Of a stretch of DNA of 64,000 bases, positions 28,378 to 37,307 are shown piece by piece; the stretch's first letter is position 1; each line of letters starts with the position of its first letter. The notes beneath the pieces were generated by a model. That model was not told where the DNA came from. It did not search any database and saw only the letters and a list, made by a program, of their open reading frames with translations. Both the position numbers and the translations under genes were made by a program. The stretch is from a virus. The stretch spans positions 32,001 to 96,000 of the IMG/VR virus record IMGVR_UViG_3300042544_003795; one strand, written 5' to 3'.

Positions 28378-28653
28378 TTAGTAGTCTAAATCGAAAAAGC
28401 AAGGTTTAATTTCATTTTCATGGCAAGAATATGCCTTTACTAGGAAATTATAAGCGGATTTCAAGTGGCAGAATGGCACAAGACCTCTTTCCATCTCTAA
28501 ACTTGTCAAATACCATACTGGCGGAGAGTTTTTATGCAAAGACACTCTTTTAAAACAAATTCTAGTTAAACTTAAGTGGTCATTAGTGAAAATAAAATCT
28601 TCTCCTTTCACTTCGAATTTATATCTTACTCCAGATAAAGTGGCGTAACTCAT
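28378..28653 (-). CDS. Hypothetical protein
   Basis: ORF in run. Confidence 0.65.
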   Translation of the reverse strand: MSYATLSGVRYKFEVKGEDFIFTNDHLSLTRICFKRVSLHKNSPPVWYLTSLEMERGLVPFCHLKSAYNFLVKAYSCHENEIKPCFFDLDY

Positions 28654-28657
28654 ATTA

Positions 28658-28858
28658 TTATTTAGTGTGATCCATTAAAACTGTCAAAACATGATTGTAA
28701 TCTCCACTCAAACAATCTTTTAATACTGATTCAATTTCTTCTTTTGATCTTCCTTGTTTAATAGCCGCTTTACCAAATGAATCTAAAAGAGAATCTGTGT
28801 TGCCAGACCTAAACACAATTTGCATTTTTACTCGTTCGCAGTGTTTTTTCCTATTCAT
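28658..28858 (-). CDS. Hypothetical phage protein
   Basis: EEI..VL..C.SGDYNH.L motif. Confidence 0.7.
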   Translation of the reverse strand: MNRKKHCERVKMQIVFRSGNTDSLLDSFGKAAIKQGRSKEEIESVLKDCLSGDYNHVLTVLMDHTK

Positions 28859-28878
28859 TTTTTAAACTTTAGTAAAAT

Positions 28879-28954
28879 TGGTCCCCCCGCAGAGAATTGA
28901 ACTCTGTTCACCGGTTTATGAAACCGGGGCTTTAAACCAATAAGCAACAGGGGA
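28879..28954 (-). tRNA. tRNA with CAT anticodon (Met or Ile2), atypical acceptor stem
   Basis: Cloverleaf, CCGGT-TTCATAA-ACCGG, encoded CCA. Confidence 0.88.
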
Positions 28955-28993
28955 ATAAAATTCTTTAATACCTTAAGGCATTTTTTTTGATTG

Positions 28994-29617
28994 TCAAGCT
29001 TTTTTTAACTTTTCTAAGTATTTTTTCTTCACAACCTTCTCCACATTCGTTTTTTCCTTGATCTGTGGTAGTAGTACCATCCTAATCCAATTTCGTCTCC
29101 TTGTCAAGTCCAAATTTAAAGGATCTTCTGCAATAAATTTTGTTAAATCGTTTCTTTTAAGAAAATTATTGATTTCATCCTTAGAATTCAGAATAAAAGG
29201 CCTAATTACTTTAGTTTTGCCAAATGTAGTTTCTAATGGGATAGGCAAATATTCATTTTTACCATTAAAACAGTTCATTAGATAACTCTCAGTTGCCTCA
29301 CTTAAATTGTGGCAAGTGATTAAGACTCCACCTAAATCTTTAAACCAATCATATCTCTGCTTTCTGCACCAGTCTTCGGTACTACCTTTACTATATTTAT
29401 CATTAGAATAGCCGATTTCAATATCAAAATTAAACTTTTCTGCGAAAAATCTACACTTTTCTTCAATTTCATCATCTTCTTTGCAGAATTTATGATTAAA
29501 ATGTTTTAGAAGAGGTTTTTTATGCCTTAAATAAAAAGCTGCCGCAATACTATCAGCGCCTCCAGAAAAAGCAATCTGAAGGTTTTCTGATTTATTTTTA
29601 TTGAGATAGCTGATCAT
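28994..29617 (-). CDS. tilS: tRNA(Ile)-lysidine synthetase, catalytic domain only
   Basis: PP-loop AFSGGADS, R..RY, TCHN, IRP, ED..N...RN.IR..LLP. Confidence 0.9.
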   Translation of the reverse strand: MISYLNKNKSENLQIAFSGGADSIAAAFYLRHKKPLLKHFNHKFCKEDDEIEEKCRFFAEKFNFDIEIGYSNDKYSKGSTEDWCRKQRYDWFKDLGGVLITCHNLSEATESYLMNCFNGKNEYLPIPLETTFGKTKVIRPFILNSKDEINNFLKRNDLTKFIAEDPLNLDLTRRRNWIRMVLLPQIKEKTNVEKVVKKKYLEKLKKA

Positions 29618-29635
29618 TTTTTAAAAAAATAAAGA

Positions 29636-29709
29636 TGGAGGCTCATGACAGAATTGAACTGCCCTCTCAGGTTTACAAAACCTGTGCATCACCACAATGC
29701 TTATAAGCC
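29636..29709 (-). tRNA. tRNA-Thr(TGT)
   Basis: Cloverleaf, CAGGT-TTTGTAA-ACCTG, CCA. Confidence 0.92.
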
Positions 29710-29744
29710 ATTTTTTTATTTACTAAAATTAACTGGAAAAAATA

Positions 29745-30215
29745 TTAACATAAAGAAAATTGTTTAGATGATTTCTTTGAGTAAAATAACTTTATTTTAC
29801 TTTTTAAGATTTCTTTTTCCACTTCCGCATGACAATTAGCACACAAAAGAATGCATTTTTTAGCCTCAGCCTTCAGATTTTCTAAGCTATAAGCAGATTC
29901 GCTAATTTCAAATTCTTTTTGAGAAGGGTCAATATGATGAAATTGTAAGGCTGAATCACATTTATTATAAAAACAAACAGAACATTTGTTTCCATGTATT
30001 TCTAATAACTCCTTTCTATTGTTGTTTTTCCTTAGACTCTTCCTTACAGACTGGCATTTAATACATTTGATTTTATATTTACTAGAATATGTAAATTCTG
30101 TATATCCATGCTTTTCACAGTATTCTTCGCTCCTATGGCCTCGTTCATATTCGACCTGTTCGGTTTCCTTACCGATAGAAGAAAAGAAAGAAAAAAACAG
30201 TTGCAAACATCTCAT
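29745..30215 (-). CDS. HNH endonuclease (start uncertain)
   Basis: CSVC...LQFHHIDP..K...CILLCANCH. Confidence 0.85.
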   Translation of the reverse strand: MRCLQLFFSFFSSIGKETEQVEYERGHRSEEYCEKHGYTEFTYSSKYKIKCIKCQSVRKSLRKNNNRKELLEIHGNKCSVCFYNKCDSALQFHHIDPSQKEFEISESAYSLENLKAEAKKCILLCANCHAEVEKEILKSKIKLFYSKKSSKQFSLC

Positions 30216-30235
30216 TCCGTCGAAAAATTTAAAAT

Positions 30236-30310
30236 TGGCTCCTGAGGTAGGGTTCGAACCTACGACCTAGTGATTAACAGTCACCCGCTCTGCCACTGAG
30301 CTACTCAGGA
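30236..30310 (-). tRNA. tRNA-Asn(GTT)
   Basis: Canonical cloverleaf, CCA. Confidence 0.96.
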
Positions 30311-30334
30311 TTATAAAAAAATTATTAGAATAAA

Positions 30335-30910
30335 CTATTTTCTTTTCAAGAAAACCATGCCGTTATTATTCGCATTTATTGAATTAATTTCCCAATGAGG
30401 ATTTTCAATTAGAAATTCTTGAATAGCTGGAATCAAACCGTATTTCTTAGATCCTCCTTCTTCATATCTCAAACCTTGATCTCCATACGCTGAAGAGTCT
30501 CTAAAACCGAAAGTTACTGTATCATGAAATGCTAAATATTTTTTAGCTTTATTACCGTGTTTCTTTAATTCTAATTTTAATTGTAAATAGCTATGCTCTG
30601 TATCAATGAATATAAAATCCACTTCTGGTATTTCTAGATTTAAAGAAGATCCAATTATATGCTCATATTCAGTTCCTTGTTCAGCACATAATTCTTTCAA
30701 GTACTCTGATCCTTCAAAAGGAAGAATATCTATACTAATTAGTATTTTAGGTTTCGCATATGCAAGAGCATAAATAGAAACGCCGTCTTGAGTTCCCATT
30801 TCAATGACACTTTCACATTCCTTAGCATATTTAAACAAAAATGGTAAATGTTCATTTATTTCGCTAGGAATATTACATTTTTCCAAATAGTAATTTTGCA
30901 AATAACTCAT
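30335..30910 (-). CDS. Class I SAM methyltransferase
   Basis: EMGT..G.S, FIFIDTEH, FHDT. Confidence 0.8.
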   Translation of the reverse strand: MSYLQNYYLEKCNIPSEINEHLPFLFKYAKECESVIEMGTQDGVSIYALAYAKPKILISIDILPFEGSEYLKELCAEQGTEYEHIIGSSLNLEIPEVDFIFIDTEHSYLQLKLELKKHGNKAKKYLAFHDTVTFGFRDSSAYGDQGLRYEEGGSKKYGLIPAIQEFLIENPHWEINSINANNNGMVFLKRK

Positions 30911-30931
30911 AAAGGATCTTTATTTAAACAA

Positions 30932-31144
30932 TTATTCAGCTTTAGCAGCCAATTTGGCGGCTTTTCGCTCGTTTTTCTCGTCAGCGATTAGTTTGCGACA
31001 AATTTTTGCATTTGTAATAATTTCTTGCAAAGCCTTTCGAGCACGAGTGCTAGATGCGCCATTGCCAGATTCAAATTTTGAGTATTCATTTAGAGCGATG
31101 ACTAAATTTTCGTTAATTAGAGTTAATGAAGTATTTGGATTCAT
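30932..31144 (-). CDS. Histone H1-like Hc1-family DNA-binding protein
   Basis: KF..GN.A..TRARKAL.EI......RK. Confidence 0.75.
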   Translation of the reverse strand: MNPNTSLTLINENLVIALNEYSKFESGNGASSTRARKALQEIITNAKICRKLIADEKNERKAAKLAAKAE

Positions 31145-31174
31145 ATTGTTTTATGATTGTGTTATTTATATGTT

Positions 31175-31420
31175 CTAAATGCCATTCCGTTTCTTTAAAT
31201 TTTCAGTATATCTATCTAAAATATCATTAAATTGAATACGAGCCTCATTGTGATCCTCTTTAATTCGCTTTAATTCTTTGTCAAGATGAGAAAGTATTGT
31301 TTGTTTTTCAATATATTCATAAATTAAAGCTTGATGTGTATCAATCCAAAATAAATCGTTATTCATGTTAATGAATACCACTGTATGAGATTTTGTCAAG
31401 TTTTTTTTAAAAAACTTCAT
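31175..31420 (-). CDS. Hypothetical protein
   Basis: ATGA overlap. Confidence 0.6.
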   Translation of the reverse strand: MKFFKKNLTKSHTVVFINMNNDLFWIDTHQALIYEYIEKQTILSHLDKELKRIKEDHNEARIQFNDILDRYTENLKKRNGI

Positions 31421-31629
31421 AATTGTCCATCTCCATTTCCATCTCCGAACCCTTCACCATCTCCGAATCCTTCTCCTCTCCCCCCTCCATTACCATCCCC
31501 CTCCGCTCCTCCATACCCTTCCCCGTCACCATTTCCATACCCATCTCCGTCACCATTTGCCTCTCCATACCCATCGTCTAAATCTACAAAATAATTAAAC
31601 AAATGATTTCCAATTAGTAATTTCTTCAT
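31417..31629 (-). CDS. Gly-rich array member 10
   Basis: (G-X)n tract after 18-aa head. Confidence 0.8.
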   Translation of the reverse strand: MKKLLIGNHLFNYFVDLDDGYGEANGDGDGYGNGDGEGYGGAEGDGNGGGRGEGFGDGEGFGDGNGDGQL

Positions 31630-31669
31630 AAATAAAATTTAAAGACCACACAAACTTTCAGTAATTTCT

Positions 31670-31906
31670 TTATTCTTCTTCATCGTAACCCCCTCCACTA
31701 CCATGACCGCTCCCATTTGCACATCCAGATCCCGCATGACCAACCCCGTTTCCAGATCCAAATCCGTCTCCAGTGCCAGCACCATACGCAATCCCAACAC
31801 CATACCCAGCTCCAGATCCGCTGCCAGATCCATAACCAGAACCTTTCGTGAACCTAGGTACACCCGGCGACACGCACATTTGATGAATATTCACTGATTT
31901 TCCCAT
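31670..31906 (-). CDS. Gly-rich array member 9
   Basis: (G-X)n tract. Confidence 0.75.
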   Translation of the reverse strand: MGKSVNIHQMCVSPGVPRFTKGSGYGSGSGSGAGYGVGIAYGAGTGDGFGSGNGVGHAGSGCANGSGHGSGGGYDEEE

Positions 31907-32214
31907 GTTTTTACCCAGTTTCCTTTTCCAAATCCACTTCCATCACCTGACCCATCACCATATCCAGATCCAACATTCACTGGGTATGACTCCCCTTCGT
32001 CATTATCATCGTTGCTTTCGTCGCCTCCTCCATCTCCTATTCCGTGACCTTCTCCACAGCCATCTCCCTCTCCATCGCCATCCCCAGATCCATATCCAAA
32101 CCCCTCGCCCCAGTTGCACCCATGACCATTGCTAAATCCATGTGGATTTTCATAAATAGGCACAGATTCATCTATGATGAAATCCTTAAATTGGTTATTT
32201 AGTAAATTATGCAT
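31891..32214 (-). CDS. Gly-rich array member 8
   Basis: MHNLLNNQFK head plus (G-X)n. Confidence 0.8.
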   Translation of the reverse strand: MHNLLNNQFKDFIIDESVPIYENPHGFSNGHGCNWGEGFGYGSGDGDGEGDGCGEGHGIGDGGGDESNDDNDEGESYPVNVGSGYGDGSGDGSGFGKGNWVKTWENQ

Positions 32215-32234
32215 AATTAAGTTAAATTCCATTA

Positions 32235-32510
32235 TTAACATCTATCACAGTATCCTTCTCCAGTCCCAGCTCCATTACCTGTACCTAAACCCCAGCCAGA
32301 GCCCTTCCACATCCCTATACCACTCCCATCACCCGAGCCTTTACAATCTGACTCTCCCCACGCATCTCCATCTCCATCTCCCCAGCCATATCCATATCCA
32401 TCACCATCTTCATATCCACGGCCACTAGAGATTGCAATGGCATCTTCAAAAAGATACGGCGAGTCGCCTGCCATTAAACCTTTAAAATCGTTAATTAGTT
32501 GAGTTTTCAT
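32235..32510 (-). CDS. Gly-rich array member 7
   Basis: MKTQLINDFKGL head plus (G-X)n. Confidence 0.8.
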   Translation of the reverse strand: MKTQLINDFKGLMAGDSPYLFEDAIAISSGRGYEDGDGYGYGWGDGDGDAWGESDCKGSGDGSGIGMWKGSGWGLGTGNGAGTGEGYCDRC

Positions 32511-32523
32511 AAAAAAAATACAT

Positions 32524-32862
32524 CTAGATCCAATGCCACCCTCCAAAGTCAACAACCCCATCCCCACTTCCTCTACCACTGCCACAACCAAAACCATCAC
32601 CAACATTATAGCTATCTCCATAACCATTAGAGTGACCGTACCCATAACCAGAACCGTCTTCATTGCCAAATCCTGACCAGTACCCTTCTCCCTGTCCGTC
32701 ACCACCCTCTTCACCATCTCCATCTCCGCTCCCAGATCCATAGCCAAAACCTATCCCGTTGCCACATCCAGAGCCATTGCTAAATCCAGTTAGGTCTTCA
32801 GAAAGATCGAGAGATGCATCTACAACCAAGCTTTTAAATTTGTTAATTAGTAAAGTATTCAT
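32524..32862 (-). CDS. Gly-rich array member 6
   Basis: MNTLLINKFKSL head plus (G-X)n. Confidence 0.82.
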   Translation of the reverse strand: MNTLLINKFKSLVVDASLDLSEDLTGFSNGSGCGNGIGFGYGSGSGDGDGEEGGDGQGEGYWSGFGNEDGSGYGYGHSNGYGDSYNVGDGFGCGSGRGSGDGVVDFGGWHWI

Positions 32863-32865
32863 AAT

Positions 32866-33162
32866 TTAATTAATTACTACCCCATCTCCATCTCCATAAC
32901 AAACTCCATTAATTACTACCCCGTCCCCATCCCCATCCCCATAACAATTTCCATTTCCATTTCCGAGTCCATTTCCTGATCCAAATCCATCGCCATCATT
33001 GTAGCCATAACTATCCTCACTCTCTTCTCCAACACCATAACAGAAACCTAGACCGAGACCGAACCCACGCCCATTACTCATTACAATCGAATTTTTAAAA
33101 AGATAAGCAGAATCGCTATCAGCGATTAAACCTTTAAATTGATTAATTAGTAAAGTATTCAT
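32866..33162 (-). CDS. Gly-rich array member 5
   Basis: MNTLLINQFKGL head plus (G-X)n. Confidence 0.8.
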   Translation of the reverse strand: MNTLLINQFKGLIADSDSAYLFKNSIVMSNGRGFGLGLGFCYGVGEESEDSYGYNDGDGFGSGNGLGNGNGNCYGDGDGDGVVINGVCYGDGDGVVIN

Positions 33163-33412
33163 AAATTTCAAGTCCCATACCTCTACCATTACCAGATCCA
33201 AACCCAGCTCCATTACCAGATCCAAATCCATGACCTGATCCCGGTCCATACCCAGTTCCATAACAATGTACTGATCGAGAGCCGTCTTCACCAAATCCTG
33301 ATCCATTTCCAAACCCCTGACCATCTATAGACCCTGAACCGTGTCCATGTTCACATGGTTCAAGTACAGGAGAGCTTGTAAATGCGTGGTGATTACAAAG
33401 AGAAAATTTCAT
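33143..33412 (-). CDS. Gly-rich array member 4
   Basis: (G-X)n tract. Confidence 0.8.
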   Translation of the reverse strand: MKFSLCNHHAFTSSPVLEPCEHGHGSGSIDGQGFGNGSGFGEDGSRSVHCYGTGYGPGSGHGFGSGNGAGFGSGNGRGMGLEIYEYFTN

Positions 33413-33415
33413 AAT

Positions 33416-33664
33416 TTAAATTATCCAGTTAATTGTATACCCAGTACCGTCACCTGTACCATCACCTTTCCCCTTTCCTGATCCTTCATCATATCCAGAT
33501 GAATAACCAGAACCATCACCAGACCCAGCTCCATCAATAAACCCACAGCCAAACCCATAACCAAGCCCAGATCCATCACCTAACCCATAGCCAGACCCAG
33601 ATCCATCACCAGATCTACAGATCAAATCAGCAAAATCACCATGATGTCTATAAAATAAATTCAT
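33416..33664 (-). CDS. Gly-rich array member 3
   Basis: MNLFYRHHGDFADLIC head. Confidence 0.82.
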   Translation of the reverse strand: MNLFYRHHGDFADLICRSGDGSGSGYGLGDGSGLGYGFGCGFIDGAGSGDGSGYSSGYDEGSGKGKGDGTGDGTGYTINWII

Positions 33665-33672
33665 ATTATCTA

Positions 33673-33924
33673 TTAAGACTCGTCTCCAGCTCCATCACCT
33701 AATCCATTGCAGTATCCTGATCCATCACCTAACCCATCTTCAAACATACTTTTAAGTCCAAATACACCATATCCACAACCAAACCCATAAATAGACCCAT
33801 AACCACTACCGAATCCATATGCATCACCAGATCCGTCGCCAGTTCCATGACCAGATCCAGATCCAAATCCAGATCCACAAATCAAATCAGCACAATATCC
33901 GTTATGTATATAAAGTAAATTCAT
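33673..33924 (-). CDS. Gly-rich array member 2
   Basis: MNLLYIHNGYCADLIC head. Confidence 0.82.
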   Translation of the reverse strand: MNLLYIHNGYCADLICGSGFGSGSGHGTGDGSGDAYGFGSGYGSIYGFGCGYGVFGLKSMFEDGLGDGSGYCNGLGDGAGDES

Positions 33925-33967
33925 AAGTTAATCGCTGTTTCTAAAACCAAATCCATTTCCTGTACCA

Positions 33968-34315
33968 TCACCAAAGCCAATACATGTGCTGAACTTGTCT
34001 GCTACCCCCATCTCCCTCGCCGTCCCCATCTCCAGCACCATCGCCCTCTCCATATCCATCTCCAGATCCATCTCCAGATCCCTCTCCAGACCCAAAACCA
34101 CAAGAAGATCCCCACCCGTCACCATAGCCATCACCTTCACCATAACCATCTCCAGACCCAGAGCCTCCGCCTGAACCATAACTAAATCCGCATCCATCAC
34201 CAAAGCCAGCCGCGAAGCCACATCCATCACCATCACCATATCCAGATCTACCTCCATCGCCAAATCCATGGATTACATTAGGAGAGAATCCTTGATGTGC
34301 GTGAAGTAAATTCAT
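33968..34315 (-). CDS. Gly-rich array member 1
   Basis: MNLLHAHQG head plus (G-X)n. Confidence 0.8.
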   Translation of the reverse strand: MNLLHAHQGFSPNVIHGFGDGGRSGYGDGDGCGFAAGFGDGCGFSYGSGGGSGSGDGYGEGDGYGDGWGSSCGFGSGEGSGDGSGDGYGEGDGAGDGDGEGDGGSRQVQHMYWLW

Positions 34316-34319
34316 AAAA

Positions 34320-34356
34320 TAAAAAAAGCGGAGCAGGGATATTCCTGCCCCGCAAT
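34320..34356 (-). terminator. Terminator between DUF6948-like gene and Gly-rich array
   Basis: GCGGGGCAGGAATATCCCTGCTCCGC then T-tract. Confidence 0.8.
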
Positions 34357-34367
34357 TTTTCGTATTA

Positions 34368-34733
34368 CTATTCGACGAATTTAATGTAAGTAGCCTCGGC
34401 TTCTGGAGTAGTTGGGATATATTCAATAGCATTCGTCAGATAAACCTCTCCGGTTGCATTCAAACGGCCTCCTTTAATGCCGTCTTTAGCTACAGCAGAT
34501 AGACTTAGACCGCCGCCTTCCCATTTCCATAGTCGCAAGGCATTTTTTAGTTTCACTTCCATCGAATTAGTTGGGTTTACATATTCTACGTCTCCGATAT
34601 GAACACCAGCCGAGTATGTTCGAATGATACAGCGGCGACCTAGCATTGGATGAGGAGGGGAAACAGATGAGTTAAGCCCTGAAAACATAGAAGCTAACTG
34701 TTTGGCTTCGCCAATTGTCATATTGTCAATCAT
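34368..34733 (-). CDS. DUF6948-like phage protein
   Basis: IIRTYSAGVH.G...V.L.NA.RLW.W.G..SLS.VA..G; true start lies after the tRNA. Confidence 0.8.
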   Translation of the reverse strand: MIDNMTIGEAKQLASMFSGLNSSVSPPHPMLGRRCIIRTYSAGVHIGDVEYVNPTNSMEVKLKNALRLWKWEGGGLSLSAVAKDGIKGGRLNATGEVYLTNAIEYIPTTPEAEATYIKFVE

Positions 34734-34770
34734 ATTATTATTTTGTTTTTGTTTTTTAACTAAGAAAAAA

Positions 34771-34846
34771 TGGTAGGCCATGATGGAATCGAACCATCGA
34801 CACAAGGATTATGAGTCCTCTGCTCTAACCGCTGAGCTAATGGCCT
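34771..34846 (-). tRNA. tRNA-Ile2(CAT), probable
   Basis: CAT anticodon, C4-G69 and C5-G68 pairs, overall resemblance to bacterial Ile2. Confidence 0.88.
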
Positions 34847-34852
34847 GTAAAT

Positions 34853-34928
34853 TGGTAGGTACTGAGGAATTCGAATCCTCACTGGAACGATTTTAAGTCG
34901 TTTGTCTCTGCCGTTGGACTAAGTACCC
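34853..34928 (-). tRNA. tRNA-Leu(TAA), short variable loop
   Basis: AACGA-CTTAAAA-TCGTT, 76 nt, CCA. Confidence 0.9.
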
Positions 34929-34944
34929 ATTTGTTGAGAAAGAT

Positions 34945-35019
34945 TGGTAGCCCCACCAAGAATCGAACTTGGATCATCTAATTAGAAGTCAGATGCTTTA
35001 TCCGTTAAGCTATGGGGCC
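34945..35019 (-). tRNA. tRNA-Arg(TCT)
   Basis: TCTGA-CTTCTAA-TTAGA, CCA. Confidence 0.94.
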
Positions 35020-35071
35020 TTTTGTCTTTCTTTTACTATTCTAGCACAACCAAACCGAAAGTCAAGGGATT

Positions 35072-35791
35072 TTAGTAAAATCTTTTAGCAAAATCTTCAT
35101 CAAATGGTCGAATTTCTTCAATATTTAAGCAAATACATTTGATTCCGTTGTAATTTGACTGATGAGATTTATGAAAATGGCCATAATGCCAAGTCTTTAT
35201 TTTCTTTTCCTGATTTTCTATTAGAGAGTCTACCCAATCTTTAATAGACTGAGATTCTTTTTCTAGATCGGAAATTAAATCTTGATCATATTTAGCGAAA
35301 GCGACCACCATTTCCCCCTTAATTGGAAAGCTTGTGACCTCAGGAAAAGAAGAATGAGTCACTAAATGATTAATTTCAGTCTCTATTTTCTTAAAAGGCT
35401 TAAATGCCTCATCTTCCCAAATATCAATTTCATTTATTCTTTGAGATCTGTCAATGGAAATCGCTCCACCATTGAAAAGTATTTTTTCTCCATTCCAAGT
35501 AGCAATCGTTCCATCTCTTAGAAAATGTATACCTCCGTAATAACCGCCATACATTCTACCATCGAAAAAAGATGGGTCATCGTGATTCCCTCTAACAACA
35601 TAAACATTTTTGCTAAAGTTATTTAATTCTTGCCCTAATTGTGAAATTTTAGGCATAGAACCTTTAAAACCGACTCCAAAATCACCTACATGGATCAAGT
35701 TTTGAGTATCTCCGAGTTCAGCCCATCTTGAGATAGACCGATTACTCCCATGGGTATCACCAATAATATCTATATTGCCTATAATATTCAT
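35072..35791 (-). CDS. Calcineurin-like metallophosphoesterase
   Basis: GDTHG, GDFG, GNHD, GHFH. Confidence 0.92.
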   Translation of the reverse strand: MNIIGNIDIIGDTHGSNRSISRWAELGDTQNLIHVGDFGVGFKGSMPKISQLGQELNNFSKNVYVVRGNHDDPSFFDGRMYGGYYGGIHFLRDGTIATWNGEKILFNGGAISIDRSQRINEIDIWEDEAFKPFKKIETEINHLVTHSSFPEVTSFPIKGEMVVAFAKYDQDLISDLEKESQSIKDWVDSLIENQEKKIKTWHYGHFHKSHQSNYNGIKCICLNIEEIRPFDEDFAKRFY

Positions 35792-35982
35792 TTAAATTTA
35801 ATTTCGTTTGGTAATGACATCTCTAAATATTCTAAGTACTCAGCATTATCTTCTTCTTTACTCTTATCGTCAAAATCTATTTTTACTATTTTTAATGGTT
35901 TCGAGCTTAAAATTCTAGAGATTTTATCGTTTTCAAAGATTAGAGCCACATTTACAGGTCGATTTGATTCATTATAATTCAT
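35788..35982 (-). CDS. Hypothetical protein
   Basis: ATGA overlap. Confidence 0.6.
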   Translation of the reverse strand: MNYNESNRPVNVALIFENDKISRILSSKPLKIVKIDFDDKSKEEDNAEYLEYLEMSLPNEIKFK

Positions 35983-36071
35983 TTAATTCTGCTCCATTTA
36001 ATTTTTTAGATTACAATGGATATACTTACGAAAAGGCAGAATGTTATTACAGATATTTTATATCAGGAATC

Positions 36072-36857
36072 TTAAGTATTTTTATTAAAAAGCCAATTTA
36101 AATCAACTGTACTTCCATTTTCTTTCCACCAATCAGATATTATGCTAGACGACTCTTTCTGGCTATTTTTATGTTCGGATTTAATAAAATCTGGATAGAA
36201 AGAAGATTTTACATTAATATTTTCAACAAATAAAGGGAATGTATAAATATTTTCTTTATTAGAGACGTTGTATAAAACATTTTCAATGAAAGGGGTACTT
36301 TTAGGGAAAAATGGTAAATTTAAATCATAACTATTGTCGCCCTTAACATAACAATCTATAATTATTTTAGCATATTTTCTTGAAATTAAATAAGAACATG
36401 CAGACCAATTATCCCAATCATACTGATGGAGTCTTACATAATCTTCTAATCTTTCTTTTACAAAAGGATCTTTAATTAAAGATAATTGAACTGCCAACCA
36501 GCCATTTGGTAAATTTTTAATTACATAATCCCAATCAAAAGACCAATACTCATTCATGCTTAAAAGCAAATCGTCTTCACAAAAAAAACCATATTCATCA
36601 TCAGAATTAAAAAACCAATCCTTGATAGCTTTTAAGTGAGAAAGGACAGCAGATATTTCTCCTGCGTTCATAAAACCCAGTAAATGACTTTCAACTTTTA
36701 CATCTTCGCCTAATGGATTTTTTAGATTTTCGTAACCATAAGTGAAATTATAACTTAAATTATACTTTTCGCATTGTTTTATAAATAAAGATTGCCTTTC
36801 TTCTAATCTTTTTAAAGTTATGCAATTTATAGTAGGTAAATTAATTAAATTATTCAT
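36072..36857 (-). CDS. Glycosyltransferase family 25-like
   Basis: I.L.R..ER, GEI...LSHLKAI, CEDD, YLISRKYA. Confidence 0.85.
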   Translation of the reverse strand: MNNLINLPTINCITLKRLEERQSLFIKQCEKYNLSYNFTYGYENLKNPLGEDVKVESHLLGFMNAGEISAVLSHLKAIKDWFFNSDDEYGFFCEDDLLLSMNEYWSFDWDYVIKNLPNGWLAVQLSLIKDPFVKERLEDYVRLHQYDWDNWSACSYLISRKYAKIIIDCYVKGDNSYDLNLPFFPKSTPFIENVLYNVSNKENIYTFPLFVENINVKSSFYPDFIKSEHKNSQKESSSIISDWWKENGSTVDLNWLFNKNT

Positions 36858-37004
36858 TTTTATTTAAATTTTTAGGATACTTTTCTCCTAACATTTTTCT
36901 TAAATATTGCAAGCAATTATCTGCCCATTCTTTTTTAGAAATTTCCCCTGCTTTTAATTTTTTATATAAATCGGAATGAAAAGAAGAATTATATTCAGGA
37001 TTTT

Positions 37005-37259
37005 TCATTTTTTACTATAAAGATGCTCTCTAATTTCGTTAATATAACGACTTACAGACATTAAATTTTCAGATTGATCTCTCCTTTCTGAAAGAGCCTC
37101 TATCCAAGCTTCCTGTCCCTGAACATAATAATCTCTAGCATGGAAATCTATTTCTTCCCATTTTTTGACAAAAGTGTTAAAAGCTTTAGACAATTCATCG
37201 TATTGCTTGATCAAGCTATCTCTTCCTGTCCCATTAGAATGTATACTAGGTAGTCTCAT
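37005..37259 (-). CDS. Hypothetical phage protein
   Basis: HSNGT...HARDYYVQ; own promoter. Confidence 0.75.
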   Translation of the reverse strand: MRLPSIHSNGTGRDSLIKQYDELSKAFNTFVKKWEEIDFHARDYYVQGQEAWIEALSERRDQSENLMSVSRYINEIREHLYSKK

Positions 37260-37307
37260 ACTTCAATATATCATATTAATTTTAGTTGTCAAACTTTTAA
37301 TTACAAT

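Noticed and set aside
31385-34269. Pro/Ser/His-rich plus-strand ORFs and Met/Val/Asp-rich alternative frames
   Set aside because: Antisense and off-frame shadows of the GGN-rich genes
34734-34805. N-terminal extension of the 34368..34805 ORF
   Set aside because: Overlaps a tRNA; the likely start is 34733
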